From Euglena gracilis (taxonomy: Eukaryota): 64,000 bases of DNA. The DNA lies in NCBI GenBank assembly GCA_039621445.1, contig CP154954.1, positions 19,454,642-19,518,641 on the forward strand, in the 5' to 3' direction. This document shows, piece by piece, positions 1-14,200 of this stretch. The first letter of the stretch is position 1, and every line of letters starts with the position of its first letter. Below the pieces are notes generated by a model. The model was given only the letters and a program-made list of their open reading frames with translations. It had not been told where the DNA came from and did no database searches. The translations under genes were made by a program, and so were the position numbers.

Positions 1-1312
1 AGCGATAGAGGGTCAATAGGGGCATATATTGTGTGACAGACCCTTTCAGAAATAATGAAAATTTTCTCGGCAGTCCACCCACACCCTACAAACATTGTGC
101 CAAGCATTGTGGGGGCTTTTGGGGGAAAACCCCACAATGGGCTCTTTGGGGGGTCCCCCCAAAGTGCCCCCCCCCCCCCCACTCACTTCGCCTTGAGCCC
201 ATATCTCGTTTTCCAGGACCAGCGGGTTACCCAGACACAATCCCAGACAATACAATGCTGTTTTCACAGGAACCGTTTTTGTTCGCGATTATCAGGGCAT
301 TGAATCATGAACAGCACCTTTTGGAGTGCCTGCGTGAAGCATGTCAACAAAATGGAGGGCAGGTGCCGGTTTTTTCTGTTCACGGCTACAGAAAAGTCGT
401 GGGTTGTCACCCGCATACAGGCCGTATTCGGGTGATACCTACAATTTTTATATAACCCCCCGGGGTCAGTGCTATGGGCAGGCAGGGGGTAGGGCACAGC
501 CCCCCCGGGGGGGCTGGACTGCAGCTAGTCCAAATTTGGCTAGTGGGATTTCTAGCAGACCCCCGGGGGGGGGGGGTCTGCTAGCAGGGCTAGCTAGTGG
601 AATTTTTTTTCCAGTGACCGGCGCGAAGCGCCGGAGTTTTTTTGGGGGACCCCCAAAAATGGCCAAAAATGCCCGTTTTTGGCCATTTTTGGGAAAAGGC
701 AAAACCTCTTAAAAACCTCATTTCCACCTCGGGGCGCAGCGCCGGAGGGAAAATTTTTTTTCAGTGGGGGGGGATCCCCGGCCCCCCCCCCCCGGGGGAG
801 CTAGTCCATTTTTTCCAGTGTCTGGCGCAATTTTTGGCGGTCACTTATCGACCAATTGTTTGCTACCATGGTGGCTAGCGACTACCATCCCCCCCCCCTG
901 AACGACACCCCTCAACCAAGGCAAAATATCCCGCGGGGTGTGCCCTGGGGGTGTGCCGTAGCACCACCCACCCCAAAACCCGACTCCCCCCCCCCCACGG
1001 GGTCGAAGGTGCCCTACCAGGCTTTTGCTTAAGGACCCCCGGGGGGGGTGGCTAGCCAATCGGCAAACTGCCAATCTGTTGTCTTTTCTGGCTCCACAAC
1101 CAAATCCGAGTTCAACGACCATTTTGGACGATTTTTGGGCAGTTTTTATCGTGGACCTTTTAGATTTCCGCCCAAAGTTGCAGGTTTCCGACCGTATATT
1201 CGAAACAGCCATTTTGTTTGTTTTCACTCTGCATTTTTTTTTAGGCATAATGCTGCATGAAAACAGCATTATCCTGATTTTTTTTTTTGCAATCCTTCCC
1301 CCCTGTTTGTAG

Positions 1313-3055
1313 CGGACAGAGGATGGTCTGATTGTTGTGAGCTCTCAAAAGGAGGCGTATGACCTGGATGCTGCTGATGGAGTTCTTGACGGAAAGTATT
1401 TTGGGGCCGAGGTACGTTGCGCTGCTCTGAGTGAGCTTTCTGCATTTTATGCAAAATTCTTTATCCATTCATATTTTGTGGAAAGAAATCATAGCTGGCA
1501 GCTCGTTCAAAATGAAGCCAAAAAACGTTGTTCTTGTTTTAAAAAAATGCTTTTTATTAAACAAAAAAAACAAAAGAGGGACATTTTTTTACTGTATGAA
1601 TTTGACCAAAAATTATGTGTTTTTGAAGCATTTTGACCCATTTCAACCTTGCAACCAAGGCAAATGTGGTCTGATTGTTTTTTTTGCTACCTTTTTTTAT
1701 TTTTAAAAAACAGTTTTTTTTAAAAAAATGCCAGCTATGAAAGAAGGTAAGTCAAGGAGCATCATGGCAGGACGGGTGCAGGCTTCTTTTTCATGAAATT
1801 CGCACCTCTGGGGGGTGCTATGGGCAGAGGGGGGGGGCATTTTTGACCCCCTGGGGGTTGGGGTTAGGGGTGGCACCCCCCTTCATTGTTGCAGTACAAC
1901 CCCCCCCCCCTGACGCCGAAGGTGCTGGCCTAAAAATGACCTTTTTCACGCGAAAATTGGCTTGGTCGGCGACTGACCTCCGGGGTGGGGGGGGATGCCT
2001 GTTGCAAAAAAATAAAGCACACAGTTCAAGCAACATTTTTTTTTGCATTGTGGCTGAATATCATTGAGGCATAATTGGTCAGTATTGAAGTTCACACTCT
2101 CTCTCAGATTGCGGTAACTGCGCCTGGAAGTTACACTCAAACAAAGGAAGTTCCCCCTCCTCCTCCAGTATGTTATCTCTCTTCATTATGACATATGGTG
2201 TGGCCACTGCCACCACAATGCGTGTTCTCCTTTCTTGGTTGGTTTTGTGTGCATTTTTATTTCAAGGGTCTATGTTGCGTCCAACCCCCTGTCTTGGGTG
2301 GTAAATGCATTTTTTTTTAATGCCAAAGAAAAGAGAAAGGAAAAGACGCAGGAATCAAAGCAAAAGACAACACACAAACCAGTGACGACAACGCAGCCCC
2401 GAATTAATGCACTGTTTTGCAAAGCTTTCATATCGTGGAGTGCACCCACTCCAAGGCCCCGAACGAGGCATTTTTTTTTAATGATTCGGTTCTCTTGTAC
2501 TTGTGTGTGTGTGCGTGTGTGTGGGGGTGTGTTGAGCTGAAGTGGTAGCATTTTGTGCTGTACAATAAGAAACTAATTCATCATGTACAACCAAAGAATA
2601 TCAAGAGAAAACTTCAATAACAAACTTCAAAAATGAAGCTAACTAGGGGCAGGAGTGGAGTGTTGCGTGGGATACACACAGCTGTCTTTTTTCAAATTTC
2701 CTTTTTCAGAATTAAATGTTTTCGGTGAAGAATTTGTTTTTCCCCCAAGAAGATATGAACCAGAAGATTTCTCAATGTCATCCCCACGAGGGTTCACGCC
2801 CCCCTCTTGACCCAAATGACCCCCGAAAAGTGTGCAAACCCCGAGCCCCCACTCTTCCCCAAGGTAGGGGGGTGTTTGGGGTAGCCGGTTTTCCGTTCCT
2901 GAAAAACCATTGGCCTGGACTATTTGTATGAGAACACACAATACGCACGAGAACCATTGGATGTGGATTTCATTTTTTGGTGTTTTTTTTCCTTCTTTCT
3001 CTGTTGGGTTTTCTCTCTCTTTAGTCTCTTTGTATTTTTTTGATATATATAATGT

Positions 3056-3144
<89 letters not shown>

Positions 3145-3183
3145 GAGATAGATAGATAGATAGATAGAGAGATAGATAGATAG

Positions 3184-3232
<49 letters not shown>

Positions 3233-3941
3233 TCTATATATAGATATATATCTATGTATATATATCTATGTATATATGTATATATATATCTACATACACA
3301 TACATACATACATACATACATACATACATACATACATACATACATACATACATACATACATACATACATACATACATACATACATACATACATACATACA
3401 TACATACATACATACATACATACATACATACATACATACATACATACATACATACATACATACATACATACATACATACATACATACATACATACATACA
3501 TACATACATACATACATACATACATACATACATGCAAACATATGTATCAAGATCAGGTTTCATTATTTAATTTGGAATTTTCCCTCCCATGCAAGGTGTT
3601 TTGGGTGTGTGGGTGCCCAGCCCTAAACCCATCGCTTGTGCCAACGCCCAGCCCCAAACCGAGACGTCTGTTTACGCATGTCGTGGTCCTGGTTTCTCGC
3701 TTGAACTGGTGTCTTGGACACGGTTGTTGAAGCTGTGCACAAGGTCCACTTGTTTCACACCCGAAGTTTAATGAAGGAAGTGAACAAGAATGGAGTGTGC
3801 AGAGGAGACGTCGCTTAAAGGGGATTTTAAGACTCCAGGTGGGGGTGCTTTCCATGGTCATTTTTGTCAAGAACCGGTTGTAGTAAATTGGGTTGTAACC
3901 AGTTTTATCAAGAACCGGGTTGTACAATTAAAAATGGTGCA

Positions 3942-3973
<32 letters not shown>

Positions 3974-6900
3974 ATACACGCCCACACAAAAGTGAAAGAA
4001 AAAGCAAATTTGATTTGAGGCCAAATTTGATTTGAGGCGTTTATTGTTTGTGCATGATTGTGTATGGGGCCACTGGCTTTGCACCCATGGGATGGGCAGC
4101 CGTGGCAGCAGTGGAAGGGACATGAAGCTGGTGTCTTGTTGGGTTTCACTGTTTGAAGAAATGACTGAGGCGGAAAAAGTGCAACATTCAGAGGTGAAAT
4201 GCGGTTCGCATTTTTTTCCCGCAGTTTTTTCGCAGTTTTTTTTGCGCTTTTTTCAAATGCTCATTTTTGCAGAATTCTTCGCTTTTTTGCATCTTCTATT
4301 TGTTTTCCAGCACATTTTTTTTGCTTTTTGGCACATTTTTTTTGCTTTACCTGTTTTTTTTTGCATTTTTTGGACCATTTTATTTATTTATTTATTTGAG
4401 TTTTTTGAAATTTTTTTGAAACCTTGTAGATTTGGGGTCTTTTTTTTTGCATGTTTTGGGCATTTCTTTTTGCATTTTCGTGATTTTTGCGCCTTTTCTA
4501 TTAGTGTTTGCAAATTTCTGCACATATTATTATTAATATCATCCTTCCCAAACAGCCAAAATCGAGGAAAACTGGTGAAGAAAAAAATGGACCTGAAAGA
4601 CCCAAAGCGGCCGGCCCAAAATGGTCAGCAACCAGAAATGGCTCAAAGTGTCCTAAAAAAGCAAATTGTGGCCCAAAATAAACCCAAGGGTGAACAGTTG
4701 GCCCAGAACGGCCCAAATGGTTCAGAAAGGCCTCGAAGCCATCAGAAATTGGCTCAATCTGCCAAAAATAGCAATTTTCGGGATTAAATGGTTTGAAATC
4801 CTCAAAAATTGCAAAATTTTATTATTGTTCAAAATATTTGTCCCCAGAAAGTGCCCATGAGGCGGACCCACCCAAGGACCACTGGCCGAAACCAGCCGAA
4901 AATTGCGCTACTGTTGTTGATAACACCAATATGTCATCATACATGCCAAACTTAAAGACGGTTTGCCATATTTGTTGACATAGAAAAATAATTTTAAACA
5001 TTTAAAATGCCCCACTTCCCCCCAACTCAATGGCGGTGGTATTTGGCAGCGCCACCCCACCTCCGCTGCTGAGCTCTCCCATCGCCTCTCTCAGCCGGAG
5101 CCAGTTCACCAACCCGCCCCAGCCGTCCAGGCGGTTCAGACCAGGGTGTTGCTTTAGAAAATTTGACCCACTCCTGGGGTCAAATACCAGCCAGCAGCCT
5201 TTTTCCAGACAGCAGCCTATTTCTAGCCCGGAACCCCCCTCCCCCCCCCCAATCAACGACTTTTATTTATCCCCAGCTGCCCTTCGAGCAGCTGGACGGT
5301 ACCGTACTTTTCGATTTCGGGGGGCACAAAAATGGGTCCAAAAACGGGTAAAATTGGAAAACAGCTGCCCAGGACATTTTTGGGGTTCAAAAAAAATCGT
5401 TTTTGCATAATTGGAAGTTTTTTTTATTATGTCTTTGCGATTTCGATTTTTGGTACCCGGTTTAACAAGTTGAGCCCAGCTCCAGCCGGGACCCCTAGGG
5501 GAGAGAGGGGGTCAGCCAGCAGCCTTCTTTCAGCCAGCTCAAATTTTCCAGCCTCTGAGCTGACCCCCGGGGTCCTCAAGCAACGTCCTGGTGCAGACCA
5601 CCGTGGTAGAGCAGGTGCAGCAGGCCGTCGCCCAGCCCGTGGTGGCCACCGCTGCGCCGGCTGTGCCCGTCTCACCTGCGCCTCCGCTTTCCCGCGAATT
5701 TTCTTGGTTGGTGATGCGGGCATAGGGTTTGAGGGGTTTGTTCCCCCCCCACCCCCTTGCTCAAAGTTCTCAAAGTGCTGGCCAGGGACCAAATGCAATT
5801 GCCCCCACGGTGGATCAGTCGAGAAATCCTCCTGAATTGGTATTGTGAAACAGGCAAGGAGGATTTCCAACCCTTTTTCAGTTCTTGTATGGAACCTATG
5901 TTACATTTCTAGTTTACGTATATTATGAATGATGGTGTCAAACCTCACAGCTGGGATGACCCGGCTGATTTTAGGTGGGGGGGTGGACCTCCCACCAGGT
6001 TTCCCATTCAGGTGGGGGAAGTCCACGGGGCTCTTCCTGCGTCTCAGCCCTCGCACTGTGTTTCATTCCTCAATGGTGTGTGATCCACACATCCACACAC
6101 TGCATGCACACTTCTGAGTCAAACTGAGGTGTGGATGCGACCCGCTACTGCCGCGTAGCCCCCGATGGGTCGCCTCTGCCATGCACCTGCCATGGAACAC
6201 ACAGCACCACCGTGAACGTTGTCGCCCCGCCCCCAACTCCGCCGCCTGCTCAGCAATACACTTGTATCCCCACGCCGGTATCTCCCCTCCTGGAAACCCC
6301 ATGATATGAACTGAACGAATTCTTTACTGGAACACAGTAACGTTTTTTTTGCGCCTTTTTTATGCGTTTTTTGATTTTGGTGACTTTTGTGGACATTGTT
6401 TTGTGTCGTGTTTTTCGGGTTGCGAGGGTAAAGCTCCGTGAATATAAACTCCATTTTCTTCATTCCGTTTTCTTAACCGTGTTGGCGGATTCTTTTCAAA
6501 AACTGTTTCATTCGACAATGCCTTCGACAAAGATATGATGCAGCAACACGAAGTCAGCAACAAAAATTTCCGAGGGAGGAAACGGAATGGGAAGGGGTTA
6601 TTTTCAGCAGCGGTGTTCCCCCCTTCAGTGGCCTGATGACCAAAGCTGCCACCGTCCAGCAGCGGGCATTCGACTGCCCCCATTCCCCTCTTCCCCACAG
6701 GTGGCGCAGCCCCTGCCGGCGATGCCCCGGCTGGCCCTGCCCGCCGCACCCCCGGTGCAGTACGTCGCCGCCCCCCGGCCGGTGCGCCTCGTCCCCGCCT
6801 CCCCCCGGCTGCGGTACGTCGCGCCCGCCCCACCCGTCCAGTACGCCATTCCCTTGCCCCGGGCCCAGTACGTCGCGGCTGCCCCGCCCTTTCAATACGT

Positions 6901-8126
6901 CGCCCCTCCCCCGCCGGTCCAGTACATTGCCGCTGTCCATACAATCGGCTTTTGCCTTGCGGCGGGTTTCTGCTGGCTTCCGTTTGCCCTGGAAGACATT
7001 CTCCACGAACGGTGACCTTTGGATGGTTTTGTATTTGTGTAAAAGCGGGTGATTTCTCCCACCTTAATTTCTCCTGCCGTAACCCCGAACCAGAAGCTTT
7101 GAATTCTTTTTTTGGGGTGGACTGTTCATCCCGCCCAAAGTCAATGAGTGATTTATGATACATAGAAAGAAGCGGCCCCCTCTTGAAGCTGAGCCATTGC
7201 ATGGCTCTGCCCCTCCCCCACCGCCGGTGCAAACCATCCAGTATGTCGCCAGCACAACGACAGTGCAGACCCCACCGCTACACACTGGGTACAGCTACGC
7301 CCAGGGGAACGTCGTGCCCATGGGGAACAAAGCTGTTGAAGTTGAGCAGGTATTAATTTCTCCCTGTTTAAGGGGATCGCAGACCTGGAAGCCACCAAGG
7401 TCAGATAAGGCCAGCAAGTCGTGCTTTGGCTTTCTTCAATTTCCGCAGATTTCTTCAGGTCTCTAAATTCCCGGTTGGCTTCCCACCCTCTCCCGATGTC
7501 ATTCCTGACACTAACCCCCAACCCCAACCCAACCCAAACCAAAAAATGATCCCTACCCTGAATACGTTTGAATGCCTGTCTGTGCTGACCATATGCGTGA
7601 AAATGTCACAATTTTGTTATTTCAGATGCTTTTTCTGGCAAAAAATACTGGAAAGTATGCAATATGTATTTAAAAAGGTACACGTCTACATGTTTAAAAC
7701 ATGTGTGTACATGTGCATAAATTTATCTATATCTTTGCACATGTTTCTATGTGCACTGTCCCCCTTCCTAACCCATCCCCCCGGTCCCAATCCCCGCCGG
7801 TTGTGTCACATGTGGCCCCCCCCCCCCGCCCGCAGACCTCCGCCTCCGTCCTGGTCCCGGCCACCGGCGCGCCGCCCGCCGTCCCGCCGGCCGCCACGCT
7901 GCCCCCGCCGACCGGCGCGGTGCGCTGGGAGTGGGCGAACGGCACCGGCATTGCGGGTGGCAACACCAACTTCGACTACCGCCCCGTCAAGCTGGACGAC
8001 ACCCCCATGGCCTCGTCCTTCATCCCGGCCGCCGGGTCCAACCTGCCCCTGGCGTTTGGCTCGCAGAACGTGCACGTGCCTGGGATGGGCCACAGGCTGC
8101 AGTTGTCAACGGTTCATCACTGGTGA
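1313..8126 (+). CDS. Multi-exon gene (5' end probably upstream of the window) for a Pro/Val/Ala/Gln/Tyr-rich low-complexity protein with VQYV(A)P repeats; possibly a pellicle/cytoskeletal (articulin/epiplastin-like) protein
   Basis: Exons joined in frame: 1313-1411 (AG|RTEDGLIVVSSQKEAYDLDAADGVLDGKYFGAE|GT), 5095-5138 (PEPVHQPAPAVQAV), 5596-~5668 (QTTVVEQVQQAVAQPVV...), ~6131-6277, 6701-6934 (VAQPLP...PVQYVAAP...), 7209-7349 and 7836-8126 (TGA). Canonical introns are 6278-6700 and 7350-7835; non-conventional introns are 5139-5595 and 6935-7208. Extra exons between 1412 and 5094 are possible. The function is inferred from composition only. Confidence 0.7.
3056..3532. repeat. Compound microsatellite (TAGA)n-(TA-rich)-(TACA)n
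   Basis: Direct reading. Confidence 0.97.
5139..5595 (+). other. Non-conventional intron formed entirely by a TIR element
   Basis: GAC+CAGGGTGTTGCTTTAG...CTCAAGCAACGTCCTG+GTGCA. Removal gives GTT CA|G ACC (AVQTT) in frame. The borders are not GT-AG. Confidence 0.8.
5142..5590. mobile_element. hAT-like MITE (CAG...CTG TIR, 8-bp TSD)
   Basis: TIR of about 16 bp; TSD GTTCAGAC/GTGCAGAC (7/8); the right half is similar to the copy at 50600-50840. Confidence 0.85.
6935..7208 (+). other. Intermediate-type intron (GT start, non-AG end, paired ends)
   Basis: 5' gtCCATACAATCGGC pairs with 3' GCCATTGCATGGctct in the +4/-6 register. The junction IAA|APPPP is in frame. Confidence 0.65.
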
Positions 8127-8554
8127 GAGGTGGTGGGAGCAACTTAGAGACTAAACTCAAAGCCCTGAGGCTCTTTGCCATTTCCTAATTGCTGACCATC
8201 AATGAAGTCTTATTATCACTCTGAAGGTTCAAGAAAAGTGATGGGCATTGGTGAATGAAAATCACACGCCATCGTTTGCAATGGTGTTGGATGATCACAC
8301 CCCCAGATCCAGTCCTCCGGCAAACCATCACCCCATTATCTTTTTTATTTTCCTAGTTTCGAGTGCTCCAATTTTCACCCTCCTCTGTTCAATTGCACAA
8401 AATATGGTCCCATTCCGTCGCCAAAGCCTTTTCGCTCCGCTGAGCTGTGAGCCTGTCTCAACCGTTCCCATCCCCCATCCCTCTGGTTTACCTGTTAGCC
8501 ACAGCCGTTCGCACGTATCCTGCCCACAGGTGTGTTTCATTGAATTTCATGCAC

Positions 8555-9182
<628 letters not shown>

Positions 9183-11024
9183 AAAGGATTTCAATATTTT
9201 TGTGAACTGCTTTAAGACACACATGTATACCGCTCCATTGCCCTGGGACCTCAAGCCGCGATCCAGATATCTGCTTGCGCCACTCAGCAGCATCATTTCC
9301 TGTGGTGGGAGGGGACATTTTCTGCAGTGGTAGTGTGGCAGCCATACCACCATCAATCCTTGCGTTGGATGCCTGCGGGGATGCGATTGCATATTTTTTG
9401 CATTGAATATTTTTTTTGCATTGCATCCGCCTTGCCCCTGATGATATGAGAAGCAGAGGGCTCAGCGGCATTGGCTCACCGTCCACACTCCCCCACACGT
9501 ATTCCCCCACACGTTCCGCTCAGGGGGACCAGTGCCACCGGGAAATATTTTAGTTTTTCTTTAAGTTCTTTTTTTTATTAGATTATGTATTTATAGTTTA
9601 TATGTTTATTTTGTACCCAACACACAAACCCCACCACACGCCCCCCCCTGCCACGCAACCCCATCCCCCCCACCGCGTGCACACCACACACCTCCACAAC
9701 CCACCTCCGCCCCCCACCCTTCTACATTTATATTTCCCCCACACGTCCGCTCAGGACCAGTGAGGGCCTAGACTGCGAATGCACCATTGCAATACTGTGC
9801 GGTCCCTTCAGACGTGCGTGCATTCTCCTGCTTGTTTAATAAATTTGGAAAGCACAACGCCGGCCGTTGCTTAATCGTCTTCAAGGTGGGGTTTGAAACG
9901 TTTGTCAGATCAGAGGGAGGTGTGGATTCCCCCCCTCCGGCTTGGGGGTGTCCGGACCACAGGGAACAATTCACAGTAACCAGGGACCTCTGGGAAACTT
10001 GACGTCTTTTGGTTTTACCCTTTTGGAAGTTGACCAGGAGCGTTCCCCATCCATTGAACAGGAGGATAGACCAGCAGAAGGTGTCCATCGGCTGACGACT
10101 CCATGGTGGACTTCGAGCCCCACGGATGTGTTCCACTCGATCTTTGGGGGGTATTCTGGGCAGCATCGAATGGATAAGATACGGTGGCTGGCGGCGGTTA
10201 ACGGTATGCACCACGCGCCCGCCACGCAGGGGTACCAGTGCAACAAGAAGGGGGCTGAGCAATGAAGTGTGCAAAACAGAGCAGACATGGCGAGGTTGCC
10301 GTTTCTTTTGATTTAATCTCACGATCTTCGTTGCAATGGGCCGGCAGGGACAGGGAAGGCCTTTTGATATCTCTGCCCTGAGGGGTTGGTTTCGGGTCGG
10401 ATGTTGCAAAGTTGCAGATCACTGAGGCTGAAGTTGCGAGGACCCAAAAGTGGCGATTTTGAAGGAATCTGAATGGTTTCGGACCAGTCTGGATCCAAAA
10501 ACCTGCCCCCTCCCCACTGGGGGGACAGTCAATACAGAAGGCACCCCCCTCCCTCTCGGGGCCGGCAGAAGCCTGGCGGTTCCTTCAGCAAAGACCCAAG
10601 TTCGTCAGTTTGCGATCCCCCAGCTCAGGTGGAGGGGAGGGGGCAGGAATCAGGCTTGTGCTTAGTCGGGTGCCTACCCCACGGGGGGGGGGGGGGGCTA
10701 GGGACAGGCACGCCATAGCCCCCGATCCGCCCCCCCCCCCCGGGCGGTGGGGGGTAGGGTTTTGGGGGGTGCCTGCCCCTAGCAGGCACCCCCCCTCCCC
10801 GGCGCCTTCGGACCTTCTCCGGCCTGGAAAAGCCCATTTTCAATGAAAATTTTCTGGGTCCCCCCGGACCCCTATCCCCGGGGGGGGGGGGTGCCTGCTA
10901 GGGGCAGGCACCCTATAGCACCCACCCACCCCCCTCCCCCCCCGGTTGGTAAGCACAAGCATGGCAGGAATGATGCTGTCTGGGCTGCAGGGGAGGCATT
11001 GGCGGTCTGGCTTAGTCTCAGTGT

Positions 11025-11075
<51 letters not shown>

Positions 11076-11239
11076 ATGCGTGGGGTGTGGTGTGTGTGGC
11101 GGGGGGGGGGGTGGGGGGTCTGCCACAGCGAAAGGGACAGGATTTGACAGCGACTCCCAGCCGGGTTCATTCACCACTGGGCCCAGCGTCAACCGTGGTT
11201 CCCCTTCCCCTCCTCAACCAGCTCCTTCCTCCTCGGCCC

Positions 11240-14200
11240 ATGCTGCTCTCCGCCCCGGCGGCTGACCGCCGGTGCGGCCCCCTCCTCGTCTCTCTCCTGG
11301 CGGTGGGTTGCGTTCTGAGCACGCCACGGCCTGTGGGTGAGCCATGGAACACGGGAGAACCGGAATAAAATATCCAAAAGACGGCAAATGTCAGTATCAA
11401 TATCAAATATCAAATATCAATATCAATATCAAAAAGGGTGAAACCCCAATGATGTAAGTCTTGGCGGGAACATCAACCTGGTGTCGGCACCTCCGGAGTT
11501 CCAAAATTTGTCATGCAAGAAAGTCCACCTCCCCAAATGAACCAATCAGTGGAGAGTAAAACATCGTTCCCTTCTTTTACTTGCCTTTCTGACTCTTTTT
11601 TTTCCCGACACAAAAGCTTGTGCAATGATCGTGCATCAACCTTGGGGGGGTTGAGGGGTCATTGAAATTGACATGTTGAGAAGTTGCGATGGGTTTTTTT
11701 TTATTCTGTTCTTTGGAACCACAGACATCCCTTCAAATTGACCTCGACCAAGCAGCAAACTGCACACGCAGTGGTGTGGCCGAAATCATTTCTTCTGGAC
11801 GGGACTCTTTGGCGGCAGGCTGTTTTCAATGGTCATCCCTCACACACTGTCTGCTCTGCCAGCAAAAAGCCTTTGTGGATGGCTTTGGCTGAATACCCCA
11901 CCGCCCAGGAAAATTGGCTTTTCTAGGAAACCAGCCTCTGCCCTCTGTATTCGTTAATCTGTCCTCATAGGGACCTGCACTTGCTTACCTGTGTCCATCC
12001 ACATTTTTTCAAGTTGGTCAAGCTGCGAGCATGCCTGGACACTTTCTGATGCGTGGCATTTTCGCTTGGCAATGCCAGCCTGCCTTCCCGTCCCCCAGCA
12101 CGGAGTTGGCCGCTGGCCTCCCTCCCGCCGTACCGCACACCGGGAACGTTGGCACCGCCCGCCTGATGGTTCCGGGTGAGCGTGGGGAACCAGGCTGTGC
12201 TGTGCGCATTGCTCGTTTTTTGACACCCTATCCCACTGTGTGCGGAGTTCGTTGGATTTCTCAAAACAGCCCGCGAGTTGGCGCCGGATTGCTTTCCCAA
12301 ACCTCGCTTTGTGCCCGCGTGATCCGCGTGGACTGTTTGGAGGCGCTCCGGCCTGGACGGGACCGCGGGATTTCCGACGAGTGGGTCCACCGCCGGCCGC
12401 ACTGAACGGGGAAGGGCCCCCTGGCCACAATCCTCGGCCCAAACAGCTCTGTGCTGCCATGCCCACCAACTGAACGAGGCACCTTTTTTTCGCACTTCCC
12501 AAGAAATCTAAGTTGCTCCAACGAACACGAAAGTGCGACACCACGGCCCGGGTCCCAGAAGAGTTGGCATCCTGACTTTTGTTCAGGCTCCGTAGATGCA
12601 CCGCCCGGTTACCCAGGCCTCTTTGGAAACCAATCTTGTTGAACCTGACTGGAGGTTTTTTTCTTTTTGGCATTGATCATACGGTGGAGATGATCTGCGG
12701 TTAATTCAAGGACTGGGGTTAGGGTTCAGATTGCATCCCCTCAGTGGAACCTGTTTTCCTCTACAGGGGCCCCAGCGAGGCCGAAGTGAGTGAAACGCCA
12801 CCCTTGTACATTTAACACAAGTTGGGTCACTCTTTGGGTTCACTGAGTACCCTGTAGAGGCAAATGGGCAAATTCATCATGAGGAAAGAGGGCAAAGTAT
12901 CTTTTTTTTAGTAAAAAATTCGCACACAAAACTGGTCCTCCCCGGAGGCTGGTGGTCTCCTTGGAGCGTTCTGCGCGTGACCGGCAGGATTCCATTTTGT
13001 TGTAGCCAAAAGACCTCAGCAAAAAAACACACACAAATGACAAAGTTGCCAGCAGGGTACCTCCCCCCCCCCCATGCCTAATGAACACCCTTGCCCAATG
13101 AACAGGGGGTGTTCGGACCGTCTAGATTGTCACCATATACCTTATCTACACAGAAACTGTACCCAAAGCCCAATGAACACCCCCGTTCGGACCGTCTAGA
13201 TTGTGACCTTAGTGTTCATTGGGCTTGGGGGGGGGGGAGGTACACCCAACGTCTCAGTCAAGTTGGTCCGATGATGCGTTGCTTCCCCAATGCCGCGTGG
13301 TGTGTGGCGTGGCTTGCAAACTGAGTCGCTCCCGGGCTGCTCAAAGCCAATCAAAACCCTCCACTCCTCTGCGGATGAAAAAGAATCCATCCAGTTGAGG
13401 TTGCAATGGAGGAAATCTCCACAGAGTCCATCCCCAACTTAGACTTTTATTTTATTGAGAACCCCCAACTGGAAGGGGTCGACCCGCCCCTTTCCCCTGT
13501 CTGATTTTCCCCCTGCTTTAACACCCTCCCAAGTGTTTGCCACGCTTCACCTGAACCTCGTTCTCCCGTGGCCCTCCCTGCCAACGCCTGGGGTTTTACG
13601 CACAGGGCTGGTCCATTGGCCGGCTCACTGCCCTCTTCTCCGGAGTTTCTGCCCTCTGTGGAGTGGTGGCTGCCCTCACGTTGGCGGTCCGCAAGTCGCT
13701 GCCCTCCCGCCAGCCCGACCAGGGAGAGGCCGACACAGCACCACATGTTTTTTTTTGGTTCATTTTTCCATTTTTTTTTTATTGTGCAAAGAGGGGCTTT
13801 GAATTGTGATGTATAGCATCAAATGCATTTTGATGCAGATCCATCTTTGCCAACATGAGAGGAGCCCTTAGCTACTTTCTTAGGGTGCTACTCCCCACCG
13901 ACCAAGCATTTTCATCTCAGGGTGTTAACAAGGGTGTAGGGCACTCATTTGCCCCCATCTGGACCATTTCTGGAAGATTTGAAGATTTGCGATATGTTTG
14001 GTTCCAAATTTAGTGCAATACTAATTGCTGGCGTGGCATCCTGCTCCTCAGAAGCTGGGCTGGGACTTGGAAGAAGGAAGTGAAAGCAATTTCTTTTTGC
14101 TTGGCTGAGTGCGTGCTGGGGTTAATTTCTGATGCCCATGGCACCGAATTTCTGGGAACTAATTGCACTGATTCTTCTGCACTTTCTTTAACACATCTGA

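Noticed and set aside
2920-3730. ORFs of MYVC/HTYI repeats
   Set aside because: They are translations of (TACA)n/(TAGA)n microsatellites.
4032-4787. 251-aa Phe-rich, membrane-like ORF
   Set aside because: T-run-rich intronic sequence with codon usage unlike the real exons.
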